A stretch of 41,428 nucleotides of DNA, taken from the NCBI GenBank assembly GCA_001823695.1, contig MHVD01000004.1, forward strand, positions 1 to 41,428, read 5' to 3'. The notes under the pieces were generated by a model. That model searched no databases and was not told the origin of the DNA. It saw only the letters and a program-made list of their open reading frames with translations. The position numbers and the translations under genes were made by a program. Source of the stretch: Candidatus Zambryskibacteria bacterium RIFCSPHIGHO2_01_FULL_43_25. Lineage in GTDB: Bacteria; Patescibacteriota; Minisyncoccia; Phycocordibacterales; Zambryskibacteraceae. Position 1 is the first letter of the stretch. The number at the start of each line of letters is the position of its first letter. Shown piece after piece: positions 34,389-41,428 of this stretch.

Positions 34389-37300
34389 TTAATTAATTTT
34401 ATTTGCTTTGATTTTAACTGCTGTGTAATTTACGGCAACCAAACTCATAATTAGGGCAAATACTATTGAGACAATGGAGTTGCTGGAACTTTCAGCTCGC
34501 CCGGTATTTGGCAGCCCCGGCAGTTCCGTTGAGGCGCCAAGAACTTCACCAGCGGGGCCAGAAGAGAATGCTCCGGCAACTAGAGGGCGAATCGTGTCAC
34601 CGCTCCTGTGGCTACCACCTTCTTCAGTGGAACTAATCGAGAAGGAACCGTCTCCATCACCATCCCCACCATCACCGTTGCCACCTTCCCCTTCTTCAAA
34701 AGAATTCGTAATGGTGCAGAAATATTCTTCATCGGGAATGGTCGCATCTATCGTTCCTTCTTCATCACAATCGCCTGTAAATTCTACGACCGCGTCAAGA
34801 TCATTCGGCTCCTCCGTAACTGTGTAAGTACCGGGAGCGACAACATTTACTTCTCCTGAAGTTACTTCTTTTTCATTGAGATATAGAGTAAAGTCTGAAA
34901 CTTCAGTGCCTTCGGGGGCGTTTTCAAGAACTTTTGTCACCGTAATAGAAACCATTCCTGGTTCCGGTTCTGGTTCCGGCTCCGGTTCTGCACAGGCCAG
35001 AGGGTTAATGCCAAAAGTTACTGAGGCCGAGGCGTTTATTTCCAGTTCCAAGTTGCCAAACCAAGCAGACGCAGACGCGGTATTCTCCACGTCGCACACA
35101 TTCGGGATTATATTGACCGCCCCGACGGCATCAAGATCGTATCCATCCGCTTCATTTTCAAACAAGTTCTTGTCTGACGCTTCGGAGAGTCTGACCTTGC
35201 TTGCAAACAAGAGACTTCCCATATCAACCGAGCCGTCCCTATTTACCAAACCCAGGTCAACCCAAGTGCTTCCGTCCCAAGCTTCCACTTTCACTTTTTC
35301 ATCTGGATAGCTGGTGCCGCCGGTTACCTCGTAAACTTGAATATCGTTTCCGGCGTCATTGTAGATAGTACCGTCAAACAAGGCCACTATATTCCCTTGG
35401 TCAAAACCAAGAGAGAAGAATGAACCCGCGACAACTGCGTCATAAGGAGTTCCGGTAGTCTGTGGAGCGCCGAGCAGAGAGCCCGGGTTGGTTCTGTCGG
35501 CTAAAATCGCTGTGCCATTCTTTCTAAGGCCTTGATTGTTGTCTTCCGTGCCTGTTGCCCATTCGGTCAATGAGGCCGCAGCATCAAGACTAGCAATGAA
35601 CGAAACTTCTCCGCTCTGGCCTGCTGACTTGTTGCCCAAATTCCACGTTACGATGCTTCCGCTCTCAAGACCGCCATTATCCGCAGATACGAAAGTCATA
35701 CCGACAGGAACAGGATCGGAAATTACAAGATCGTTGACGTCACCGTAATTTACCGCCCAGTTAATTGTGAAGGTAATTTCACCGGTTGAAGTGGCATAAG
35801 AAGCGTCCTTAACCAAATCAATTGACGGTTCTGACGAGCAAGTCTCATTCCAGATTATTATATATTTGTCGTCGCTTATATTGCTTAGAGTAGGATGTTC
35901 GGCTGTTATCGGGCCTTCGGATGCGCCGGCAAAACTATCGCCGACTGTATAGCCAAGCAGTCTGAACTTGTCAATCTGGCACTGAGCGTCTGGAGGCAGA
36001 ACATTTGGCGCTTGGGTATCCGTAACAGTGGTTAATTCCCAAGTGCTAAAGCCATTGCTACCCTGCGTAAGGTCGGGGCTTGTCCAGTTATACGGATAGC
36101 CGTCGCCCAACGCCACATGTCCTTCAGAGAGCACATCGTAGGAAAAGGCATTGTAGTAGAATTTGAACTGCTGGCTGTCATCCTCCGAATTGGCGGGTTC
36201 TCCATCTATATATTTCTTAATATGAACATTCACTGTCTCTTCGGGTGGCGGTGGAGGTGGTTCATCGCCACCGCAATTCTTGTAGTTTATATACAGGGCG
36301 AAGAGTATTCCGGCGGGGTTGCTTTCATCACTGCTTCCGGCAACTCCCTTGTTCTTTCCTTCCACTTTTATGGTATTAGATCCTGCCTGAAGCTTGTCTC
36401 CGATACCGACAAAAGTATCTTGTGTGGCTAACTGGAAATTATTTTCATCAGTCTGTTCCTCTCCTATCAGTACATCGTTAATCCAGACTTTGTAGTAGTT
36501 GTCGGCAGCAAGCTTGAGAGTTGCATCAGTCACATCGCCAGGAATGTCAAAGGTTTTGGTAAACCTGTAGTATTCGGTAGTTTCCGGATTGCCCACTCCA
36601 TCTTCTTCCCAGACCCATTGCGCAGAAAGATCGCCCACATCGGCAGTCCAAGCTGGGTGTATGAACGTGAGAGGAACGGCAGGAGTATCTTCAATATCTC
36701 TCCAGACCATCATGTCAGAATCGCTGACAACAACCATTTCCGCAGGATTGCATTCCGGCAAACACTCCAGCGAGACATCATCCAAAAATGTGCCGAGAGA
36801 GTTTGGCGTTCCCTGGTCTTGGAATTCAAGTTTGGTGCTGTTGTCCGCGGCTACGAAGGTATACTCGTGATCTGTCCAGGAAGTATTTCCGCCTCCGGCG
36901 GCAGTAACGGTATCTTCAAGCACTCCGTCCCAGAGTATGCCAAGCACATTTTCAGAAGAATCAGTATCCGGTCGAGGAGAGAATGAGAACGAGAGTTTGT
37001 ATTCTCTGCCGGGAACAGTCGGAATATCTTGATAGATTGCTACAGAGGCTTGTTCTCCACTAGGACCGCCAGGACCCTGCCAATCGGTATCCAACTCTGC
37101 GTGTTGCTCTCCGCTATTTGAGGTCCAGCCATTTACACCCTGATGAAGTTCTAATTTTGCAATATCCGGCGCGGGGTCAGTTACAGAAGCCATCCAGTTT
37201 ACCAGCCAGCCAAGACCAGCAGTACCGCTGTCAAAAATGTCCCATTTCTCGTCGTCGGTAACGACAGGAGTTTCAAAACCGCTGTTTTCAATCAGGTTAA

Positions 37301-38339
37301 CTCCGATTTCACATATTGGTTCCGGTTCTGGTTCACCTTCATTTCCACAAAGAGTAATGTGGCTAATGTCATGTCCACCCTTTACAACAGTTCCATCCGT
37401 TCCACCCGGTAAATTCTGATAGTCTTGTCCCTCTTTTGAAAGCACACCGTCAGCTACCGGGTCTGATGTCCAATCTGCTTCCGAGGCATCACCCGTTACG
37501 GAAGTTTCGTAATCTTCGTTATACCCATCTTCCAAAACATATTCTCCCTTTTCGTCATCCCATTCCCACTTGGCAATTCCAAAATCAAAGCCATAAGCTT
37601 GGCACTCGTTGTCTATACTTCCATTGCCGGGTTTATCATCTTCTTCTATAACATTTCCTGTAATTTCAATACCGTCTACTCGGAAGAATTCATTGTTATC
37701 AGCGGTAGCCGAATCATTATAGAAACGAAGTCTGAATACTGAGTCATCTAGAGAGTTAGGTAAATTGAATGAATCCTGAAATGTCCAGCTTGAATCATCC
37801 CTTATGTCGTGCTTCTTTAACTCGTTCCAATCAGTAGTACCATCACAGCTTCCTGATCCTTCTTTATACTGAACAAGACCATCGTCAGACGAATCATCTG
37901 AATCCTTATCGCCTCTCCAATAATAAGAAAGTTCCAAAGATTCATATCCGGTAACATCAACTTCTCTACAAACCCATCCGTCTTCCGAACCGCTGTCATT
38001 TGTATCTTCAGCTATTTTTGCAAATCTTCCTCCATCTGGACTTGCCGTATCTTCAATATAACCATCTGGATTTTTCGCAATAGTACCATCTTCATGTTCA
38101 TCCCAATCCGGTATATCAGCTAGATCGTTTCCTGAACCAAACGATTCAGAAAAGACAACTGGAACAATAGCGTTCGCAGTTTGAGGAATAAGTAATGCAA
38201 CAGGTCCAGCTAGTTGAACAACCATTGCGATAGCAGTAAAAATTCCGATCGTGGTTCTTCCTGCCTGCGCCATGCCTGCGCATGCAGGAGGCAGGCCTGC
38301 TTGATTAGAGTGTCTAATACTTGTTGAAAAATATTTCAT
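34389..38339 (-). CDS. giant (about 1316 aa) secreted cell-surface protein with a C-terminal LPNTG sortase sorting signal
   Basis: N-terminal signal peptide (GIFTAIAMVVQLAGPVALL). PEPEPEPEP and GDGDGDG linkers. The C-terminus is LPNTG, a hydrophobic helix, then KIKANKIN. Start taken at the ATG at 38339; the ORF track's 38414 lies inside the predicted promoter and is unlikely to be used. Confidence 0.8.
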   Translation of the reverse strand: MKYFSTSIRHSNQAGLPPACAGMAQAGRTTIGIFTAIAMVVQLAGPVALLIPQTANAIVPVVFSESFGSGNDLADIPDWDEHEDGTIAKNPDGYIEDTASPDGGRFAKIAEDTNDSGSEDGWVCREVDVTGYESLELSYYWRGDKDSDDSSDDGLVQYKEGSGSCDGTTDWNELKKHDIRDDSSWTFQDSFNLPNSLDDSVFRLRFYNDSATADNNEFFRVDGIEITGNVIEEDDKPGNGSIDNECQAYGFDFGIAKWEWDDEKGEYVLEDGYNEDYETSVTGDASEADWTSDPVADGVLSKEGQDYQNLPGGTDGTVVKGGHDISHITLCGNEGEPEPEPICEIGVNLIENSGFETPVVTDDEKWDIFDSGTAGLGWLVNWMASVTDPAPDIAKLELHQGVNGWTSNSGEQHAELDTDWQGPGGPSGEQASVAIYQDIPTVPGREYKLSFSFSPRPDTDSSENVLGILWDGVLEDTVTAAGGGNTSWTDHEYTFVAADNSTKLEFQDQGTPNSLGTFLDDVSLECLPECNPAEMVVVSDSDMMVWRDIEDTPAVPLTFIHPAWTADVGDLSAQWVWEEDGVGNPETTEYYRFTKTFDIPGDVTDATLKLAADNYYKVWINDVLIGEEQTDENNFQLATQDTFVGIGDKLQAGSNTIKVEGKNKGVAGSSDESNPAGILFALYINYKNCGGDEPPPPPPEETVNVHIKKYIDGEPANSEDDSQQFKFYYNAFSYDVLSEGHVALGDGYPYNWTSPDLTQGSNGFSTWELTTVTDTQAPNVLPPDAQCQIDKFRLLGYTVGDSFAGASEGPITAEHPTLSNISDDKYIIIWNETCSSEPSIDLVKDASYATSTGEITFTINWAVNYGDVNDLVISDPVPVGMTFVSADNGGLESGSIVTWNLGNKSAGQSGEVSFIASLDAAASLTEWATGTEDNNQGLRKNGTAILADRTNPGSLLGAPQTTGTPYDAVVAGSFFSLGFDQGNIVALFDGTIYNDAGNDIQVYEVTGGTSYPDEKVKVEAWDGSTWVDLGLVNRDGSVDMGSLLFASKVRLSEASDKNLFENEADGYDLDAVGAVNIIPNVCDVENTASASAWFGNLELEINASASVTFGINPLACAEPEPEPEPEPGMVSITVTKVLENAPEGTEVSDFTLYLNEKEVTSGEVNVVAPGTYTVTEEPNDLDAVVEFTGDCDEEGTIDATIPDEEYFCTITNSFEEGEGGNGDGGDGDGDGSFSISSTEEGGSHRSGDTIRPLVAGAFSSGPAGEVLGASTELPGLPNTGRAESSSNSIVSIVFALIMSLVAVNYTAVKIKANKIN

Positions 38340-38423
38340 GAGATTTTCATTTAATTTGTAAAAAATTTTTCCACACTTTAATTGCGTTGAAAAACACGGA
38401 CGAACAAAAGACATCTGGTCTTA

Positions 38424-38452
38424 TTATATACATAACTTACCAAAAATGTCAA
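38424..38452 (-). promoter_or_regulatory. sigma70-like promoter (TTGACA-16/17-TATATA) for the giant surface-protein gene
   Basis: The minus strand reads CCCTTGACATTTTTGGTAAGTTATGTATATAATAAG. Confidence 0.55.
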
Positions 38453-38607
38453 GGGGTAACAAAAGAGCAATATAACTGTATTTAAAAGTAAACTTTTACC
38501 GCAAATATAGCAAGGAAAAGCAGCTAATAAGGGGGAACATCCCGCAAAATGAATCAAGTAACCCTATTTTTGCTGTTTTTTGTACTTATCCCCTTTTTTG
38601 GTTTTTT

Positions 38608-38640
38608 ACAAAAAGGCGGTGGGATTTTCGGTCCCACCGC
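38608..38640 (-). terminator. Rho-independent terminator of the GC-rich secreted-protein gene (GGCGGTGGGACCGAAAATCCCACCGCC plus TTTTTG on the minus strand)
   Basis: 10-bp perfect stem. Confidence 0.75.
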
Positions 38641-38663
38641 CCCACAGCGATCCTTCCCTTGTG

Positions 38664-39488
38664 CTACGGAGAGAAGTTGGGAAGTGCGAATTTCAACCCA
38701 ACTTCAATCTTCCTCAACCTCCGGAAGAATAAAACAACACCGTTTTGCGGATTGACCGGCCGGCCGGCCTCGTCATCATCTTCGCACAAAAGGAGACCGG
38801 TAGCAGTCCCTGCCACTAAAGCTCCAGCAACCCACAACCACGGGAATGGCGCGCCTACCTTCACTGTATCCGTCTTCTCCACTAGTACCGGCACGAGAAT
38901 CGTGTTCGGTTTTGGTGGCGGAAGTGTTGGCCAGAAGCGCACGACCGTGGGACGATCAAGCGATACTGACATCGTGTCGGTGACTGCCCGGCCCGAAACC
39001 AGAATCAGTTTCGAGTACCAGACGTTGATCGAATCGGGTGGCACAACTACCGGCGCCTCCTTAACCTCTGCTGACCAGCTCTTGATTGGGTTGCCACACA
39101 GGAGCGACATATAGTTTCCCAAACAAAGCTCGCCTGGTTCAGCATCTCTCGTTACTTCAATGATTTCCCCTTCTGCCGAAAGACCAGCGAGAGTCATCCG
39201 CTTCGGACAGGCGCGGACAGGAGTGTTGAATATGAAATGCCCGAAACTGACGTTGTCTGAACCAATGCTACCAGCCAACTCCGGACGATACTTGATGACG
39301 GTATTGCGGAGAATTCCACAATCCGCGTAGATCTTGGTCCTGTCGCAGACTGTAATCCAGCCTGCCATCTCGCTCGCCAGCCTTGCCGGATCTGTGAAAG
39401 CGCCCTGCCGCCTCTGCACTCTCTGCGCTTCTGTGCTTCTTGGCATGAGCGCCAAAACCAGCACGACGAAGAGCAATGTGGCTCTCAT
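38664..39488 (-). CDS. hypothetical secreted protein (signal peptide, C-terminal hydrophobic anchor), GC-rich gene
   Basis: 274 aa. N-terminal MRATLLFVVLVLALMPRSTEAQ. GGAGGA RBS. About 55% GC versus about 40% in the flanks. No recognised domain. Confidence 0.55.
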   Translation of the reverse strand: MRATLLFVVLVLALMPRSTEAQRVQRRQGAFTDPARLASEMAGWITVCDRTKIYADCGILRNTVIKYRPELAGSIGSDNVSFGHFIFNTPVRACPKRMTLAGLSAEGEIIEVTRDAEPGELCLGNYMSLLCGNPIKSWSAEVKEAPVVVPPDSINVWYSKLILVSGRAVTDTMSVSLDRPTVVRFWPTLPPPKPNTILVPVLVEKTDTVKVGAPFPWLWVAGALVAGTATGLLLCEDDDEAGRPVNPQNGVVLFFRRLRKIEVGLKFALPNFSP

Positions 39489-39576
39489 TTCTTCCTCCTT
39501 GGTTTCGCTTGAGTCTGGAACGTTTCCGTGGTGACAGTACCACGAGTATTTAAAGAAGTAAAGCTTATTTTTATTT

Positions 39577-39602
39577 TCATATTCTTAAGAATATGAGAAT
39601 AA
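39577..39602 (+). promoter_or_regulatory. 26-bp near-perfect palindrome TTTTCATATTCTTAAGAATATGAGAA upstream of the GC-rich secreted-protein gene; candidate operator
   Basis: The central 18 bp, CATATTCTTAAGAATATG, are perfectly palindromic. It lies about 90 bp upstream of the start codon at 39488. Confidence 0.4.
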
Positions 39603-39627
39603 AAAAATGAATGTTTTCGGTAAATTT

Positions 39628-39704
39628 TGGTGCGCGATAGAGGATTCGAACCTCTGGCCTCGTCTACGTCAAAGACGCGCTCTAACCAACTGAGCTAATC
39701 GCGC
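39628..39704 (-). tRNA. tRNA-Val (anticodon GAC), CCA encoded
   Basis: The reverse complement folds: acceptor GCGCGAT/ATCGCGC, anticodon stem-loop CGTCT-TTGACGT-AGACG, T-arm AGAGGTTCGAATCCTCT, ACCA 3' end. Confidence 0.85.
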
Positions 39705-39875
39705 TACTTAAAAATATATTACCTTTAAAAAAGTAAAATTCAAATCCCTGCTTGACGGCAGGTGAGCTGATGCGCGCACAAAAATGATTTGAAATTAAGC
39801 TAATTTCGTGCCATAGTAGCCGAGGCAACATAGCTCTTTTAGGAAACATTACTCTCAACTCTCGCGGAGGAATGG

Positions 39876-40244
39876 GTGGAAAAATACAACGTGGAAAGCG
39901 TCAGCGAACTCGCCGAAATCATTGCAGAGACTGATGCCGAGGCAGACGGCGTAATCGTACTTATCCACTTCGGCGACATCTTTGTTTGCGGCATCAGGGA
40001 CAAGATGAGAAACATCAAAGGCGCACGGAAAATAGGTGTGATCCGCCGCGACTCGCCGGAACTTGCCAGCTATGTGGAGAAACTGGCCGGCAAGGGTTGC
40101 GAGTTCATCACCACGAACCCAAAACCCGTCAGGCGGGTTGTGCGCTCAAGCGCACAGACATTCATTGTCGCTGTGCGCTGGACCGTAGACGGTGTAAAGC
40201 GACAGGAAACGCCCAAGGCAGAGCGAAAGCTGGCCAGGGCGTGA
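39876..40244 (+). CDS. hypothetical protein, GC-rich (GTG start with GGAGG RBS)
   Basis: 122-aa ORF. A good RBS lies 5 nt upstream of the GTG. It is followed by a terminator. No recognisable domain. Confidence 0.4.
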   Translation: MEKYNVESVSELAEIIAETDAEADGVIVLIHFGDIFVCGIRDKMRNIKGARKIGVIRRDSPELASYVEKLAGKGCEFITTNPKPVRRVVRSSAQTFIVAVRWTVDGVKRQETPKAERKLARA

Positions 40245-40280
40245 ACGCCAGTTCGCCAGACAACCCCAACCACATTCACC

Positions 40281-40308
40281 GGGGCAGCCGCACAAGCTGC
40301 CCCTTTTG
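40281..40308 (+). terminator. Rho-independent terminator (GGGGCAGC-cgcacaa-GCTGCCCC plus TTTTG)
   Basis: Perfect 8-bp GC-rich stem followed by a T-run. A CA-rich tract (CACACACCCACACACACC) follows. Confidence 0.75.
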
Positions 40309-40382
40309 CATATATTTTGCTTATATTCACACACCCACACACACCCCGAACATTCCCTCTATCACCCCCTCTAAAATCCCGC

Positions 40383-40420
40383 AATCTATTCTATAGTTCT
40401 CAAGAACATTAGAATAGATT
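40383..40420 (+). repeat. 38-bp near-perfect palindrome overlapping the 3' end of the second ArsR-like gene (centre CA)
   Basis: AATCTATTCTA-TAGTTCT-CA-AGAACAT-TAGAATAGATT. It encodes the C-terminal residues FLRTIE and the stop codon, and shares the core TAGTTCTYRAGAAC with the palindrome at 40693. Confidence 0.6.
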
Positions 40421-40655
40421 TGCCAAGCGAAGAAAGTTTATGCCTAACAGCACTCCCATCATTACGTTTTAAAATAAGACCCGAATTTGCGAGTCGTGAT
40501 ACGTGCTGGGAAATTGTCTTAAAATTCACTTTTAAAATATCTGATATCTCAAATATTGATAATTCCGGTTTATTACTCAAAAGCTCAAGTATCTGGATCC
40601 GGCGATGGTTTGCAAAACCTTTAACTATTTTTTCTAATTCTCTAACCTTTTTCAT
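40386..40655 (-). CDS. ArsR/SmtB-family winged-helix transcriptional regulator, paralog of the gene at 8415
   Basis: VKGFANHRRIQILELLS...ISQHVSRLANSGLI is homologous to LKGIANHYRIEILLIIS...HTRSLHHAGLI of the first copy. Confidence 0.75.
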   Translation of the reverse strand: MKKVRELEKIVKGFANHRRIQILELLSNKPELSIFEISDILKVNFKTISQHVSRLANSGLILKRNDGSAVRHKLSSLGKSILMFLRTIE

Positions 40656-40692
40656 ATATCTATTTTCATATATCTATTTCATTCTAACACTA

Positions 40693-40738
40693 CACATCCC
40701 TATTCCATAGTTCTTGAGAACTATGGAATAGGGATGTG
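40693..40738 (+). promoter_or_regulatory. 46-bp perfect palindrome (22+TG+22) upstream of the second ArsR-like gene; candidate operator or terminal inverted repeat
   Basis: CACATCCCTATTCCATAGTTCT-TG-AGAACTATGGAATAGGGATGTG. It lies about 40 bp upstream of the start codon at 40655. Confidence 0.7.
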
Positions 40739-40863
40739 GGGATGAGAAATTTTAGCGGAACAATAAAGAACAACAAAAATGACGAAAATGATGTGGTAAA
40801 AAGAAGTTGGAGTATGTTGAGCTGAGACCAGCTGTAACCCCATATTATTAGCTAAAAACAGCA

Positions 40864-40895
40864 AAAACGTTCCGCCAGCTGGCGGAACGTTTTTG
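40864..40895. terminator. intrinsic terminator, CCGCC-hairpin family copy 4 (AAAAACGTTCCGCC-AGCT-GGCGGAACGTTTTT), perfect
   Basis: Perfect 10-bp stem with A-run and T-run flanks. It is flanked by ATTATTAGCTA direct repeats at about 40845 and 40958. Confidence 0.7.
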
Positions 40896-40981
40896 TGTCT
40901 TTATGCACAAGCGTGATATTCTTGTGGGTTATACTTTTAGAAGTGGTTTTATAACTACAATTATTAGCTAGTTTATGAGTT

Positions 40982-41428
40982 ATGAATAAAAAGTTGGTTA
41001 TGGTAGTTGTCGGCGTATTGATAATTGCCGGCGGTATTGTAGTTTTTAATAATTACGGTTCAAGTTCTGACCAGACAGCCGGGGCTGGAGGAGCATTTGA
41101 CGCACTTGGTTATAACCGCACCGCGCGAATTTTCAATGGCACCGGTGCGACTTGGTGTGAATCAAAGGGTTTGCCGTCAGACTGCGTTGGTATTTATTCT
41201 CCTGACAAACTCATAATGAAATGGACAGAGGACTGGGATAGGGGCAATGACGAGAACTGGGCTAATCCTCCTTATGACAGCGCTTGGATTGATAATGAAT
41301 GGAATGGAAAAAAGGATGGTTCCGGCTCTGTTTGGCATTACAAAATAAAGTGGGTTGGTCCTTGTGGCGCAGATTATACCCCGCTTCCGGATGGCGGATA
41401 CTGCATTTGGGGACAGTTTGAGACAATT
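40982..41428 (+). CDS. hypothetical membrane-anchored secreted protein, 5' partial (runs off the window end)
   Basis: The open frame from ATG 40982 has no stop before the window end. N-terminal TM helix LVMVVVGVLIIAGGIVV. W, D and N-rich ectodomain. Confidence 0.45.
   Translation, partial: MNKKLVMVVVGVLIIAGGIVVFNNYGSSSDQTAGAGGAFDALGYNRTARIFNGTGATWCESKGLPSDCVGIYSPDKLIMKWTEDWDRGNDENWANPPYDSAWIDNEWNGKKDGSGSVWHYKIKWVGPCGADYTPLPDGGYCIWGQFETI

Noticed and set aside
34960-34990. Short GGTTCC / GGTTCT tandem repeats, also at about 37320, considered as a possible CRISPR array or microsatellite
   Set aside because: They encode PEPEPEPEP / GSGSGS-type linker peptides inside the giant surface-protein ORF. 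They have no spacer and repeat periodicity and there are no cas genes.
38659-39114. 151-aa + strand ORF rich in Ser/Thr/Gly
   Set aside because: Antisense to the better-supported secreted-protein gene, which has a signal peptide, RBS and terminator. The composition looks like a shadow frame of a GC-rich gene.

Overview
This 41.4-kb window is AT-rich (roughly 40% GC) and mostly carries housekeeping genes. Identified: clpB, an HtrA-like serine protease, a NifS/IscS-type cysteine desulfurase, a short infB-rbfA pair, gyrA, rpsA, pth, lepB, a HisRS-like gene, rpsU, ybeY, ftsA, ftsZ, trxB and a PurN-like formyltransferase. The short IF-2 and S1, the weak Shine-Dalgarno use, and the sortase/LPXTG surface module suggest a reduced-genome Patescibacteria (CPR)-like or Gram-positive-like organism; this is inference only. 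Three regions stand out. (1) A tRNA-rich island at 7.5-9.9 kb holds tRNA-Cys, Leu(UAA), Lys(CUU) and Leu(UAG), plus tRNA-Tyr at the 5' edge. Small cargo genes sit between the tRNAs: a frameshifted GIY-YIG nuclease next to tRNA-Cys with two partial 5' copies of that tRNA, an ArsR-like HTH gene flanked by inverted 36-42-bp palindromes, and a Nudix hydrolase. (2) An accessory membrane/surface module lies at 10.1-17.2 kb. It has an SPFH (flotillin-like) protein and a 4-TM protein fused to a VirB1-like lytic transglycosylase domain. On the minus strand a membrane-anchored solute-binding-protein-like gene is translationally coupled to six tandem paralogous small 2-TM proteins with VirB2/TrbC-pilin-like topology. 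That operon is preceded by a tandemly duplicated ~200-bp leader in which each unit ends in a copy of the start-codon region. (3) A cell-surface module at 32-38.4 kb has a CAP-domain protein, a sortase, a second CAP-domain protein and a 1316-aa LPNTG-anchored giant protein. It is followed by a GC-rich (about 55%) probable foreign segment around tRNA-Val(GAC) and a second ArsR-like paralog, again flanked by inverted palindromes. Three intergenic repeat families recur. The first is long perfect palindromes with a GCTATAGC centre and compensatory arm changes. The second is a CGTTCCGCC-NNCT-GGCGGAACG terminator hairpin with four copies. The third is a 24-nt motif with two copies. A GC-rich structured non-coding region at 21.6-22.27 kb has RNase P RNA-like motifs. 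No CRISPR arrays, rRNA genes or transposase genes were seen.
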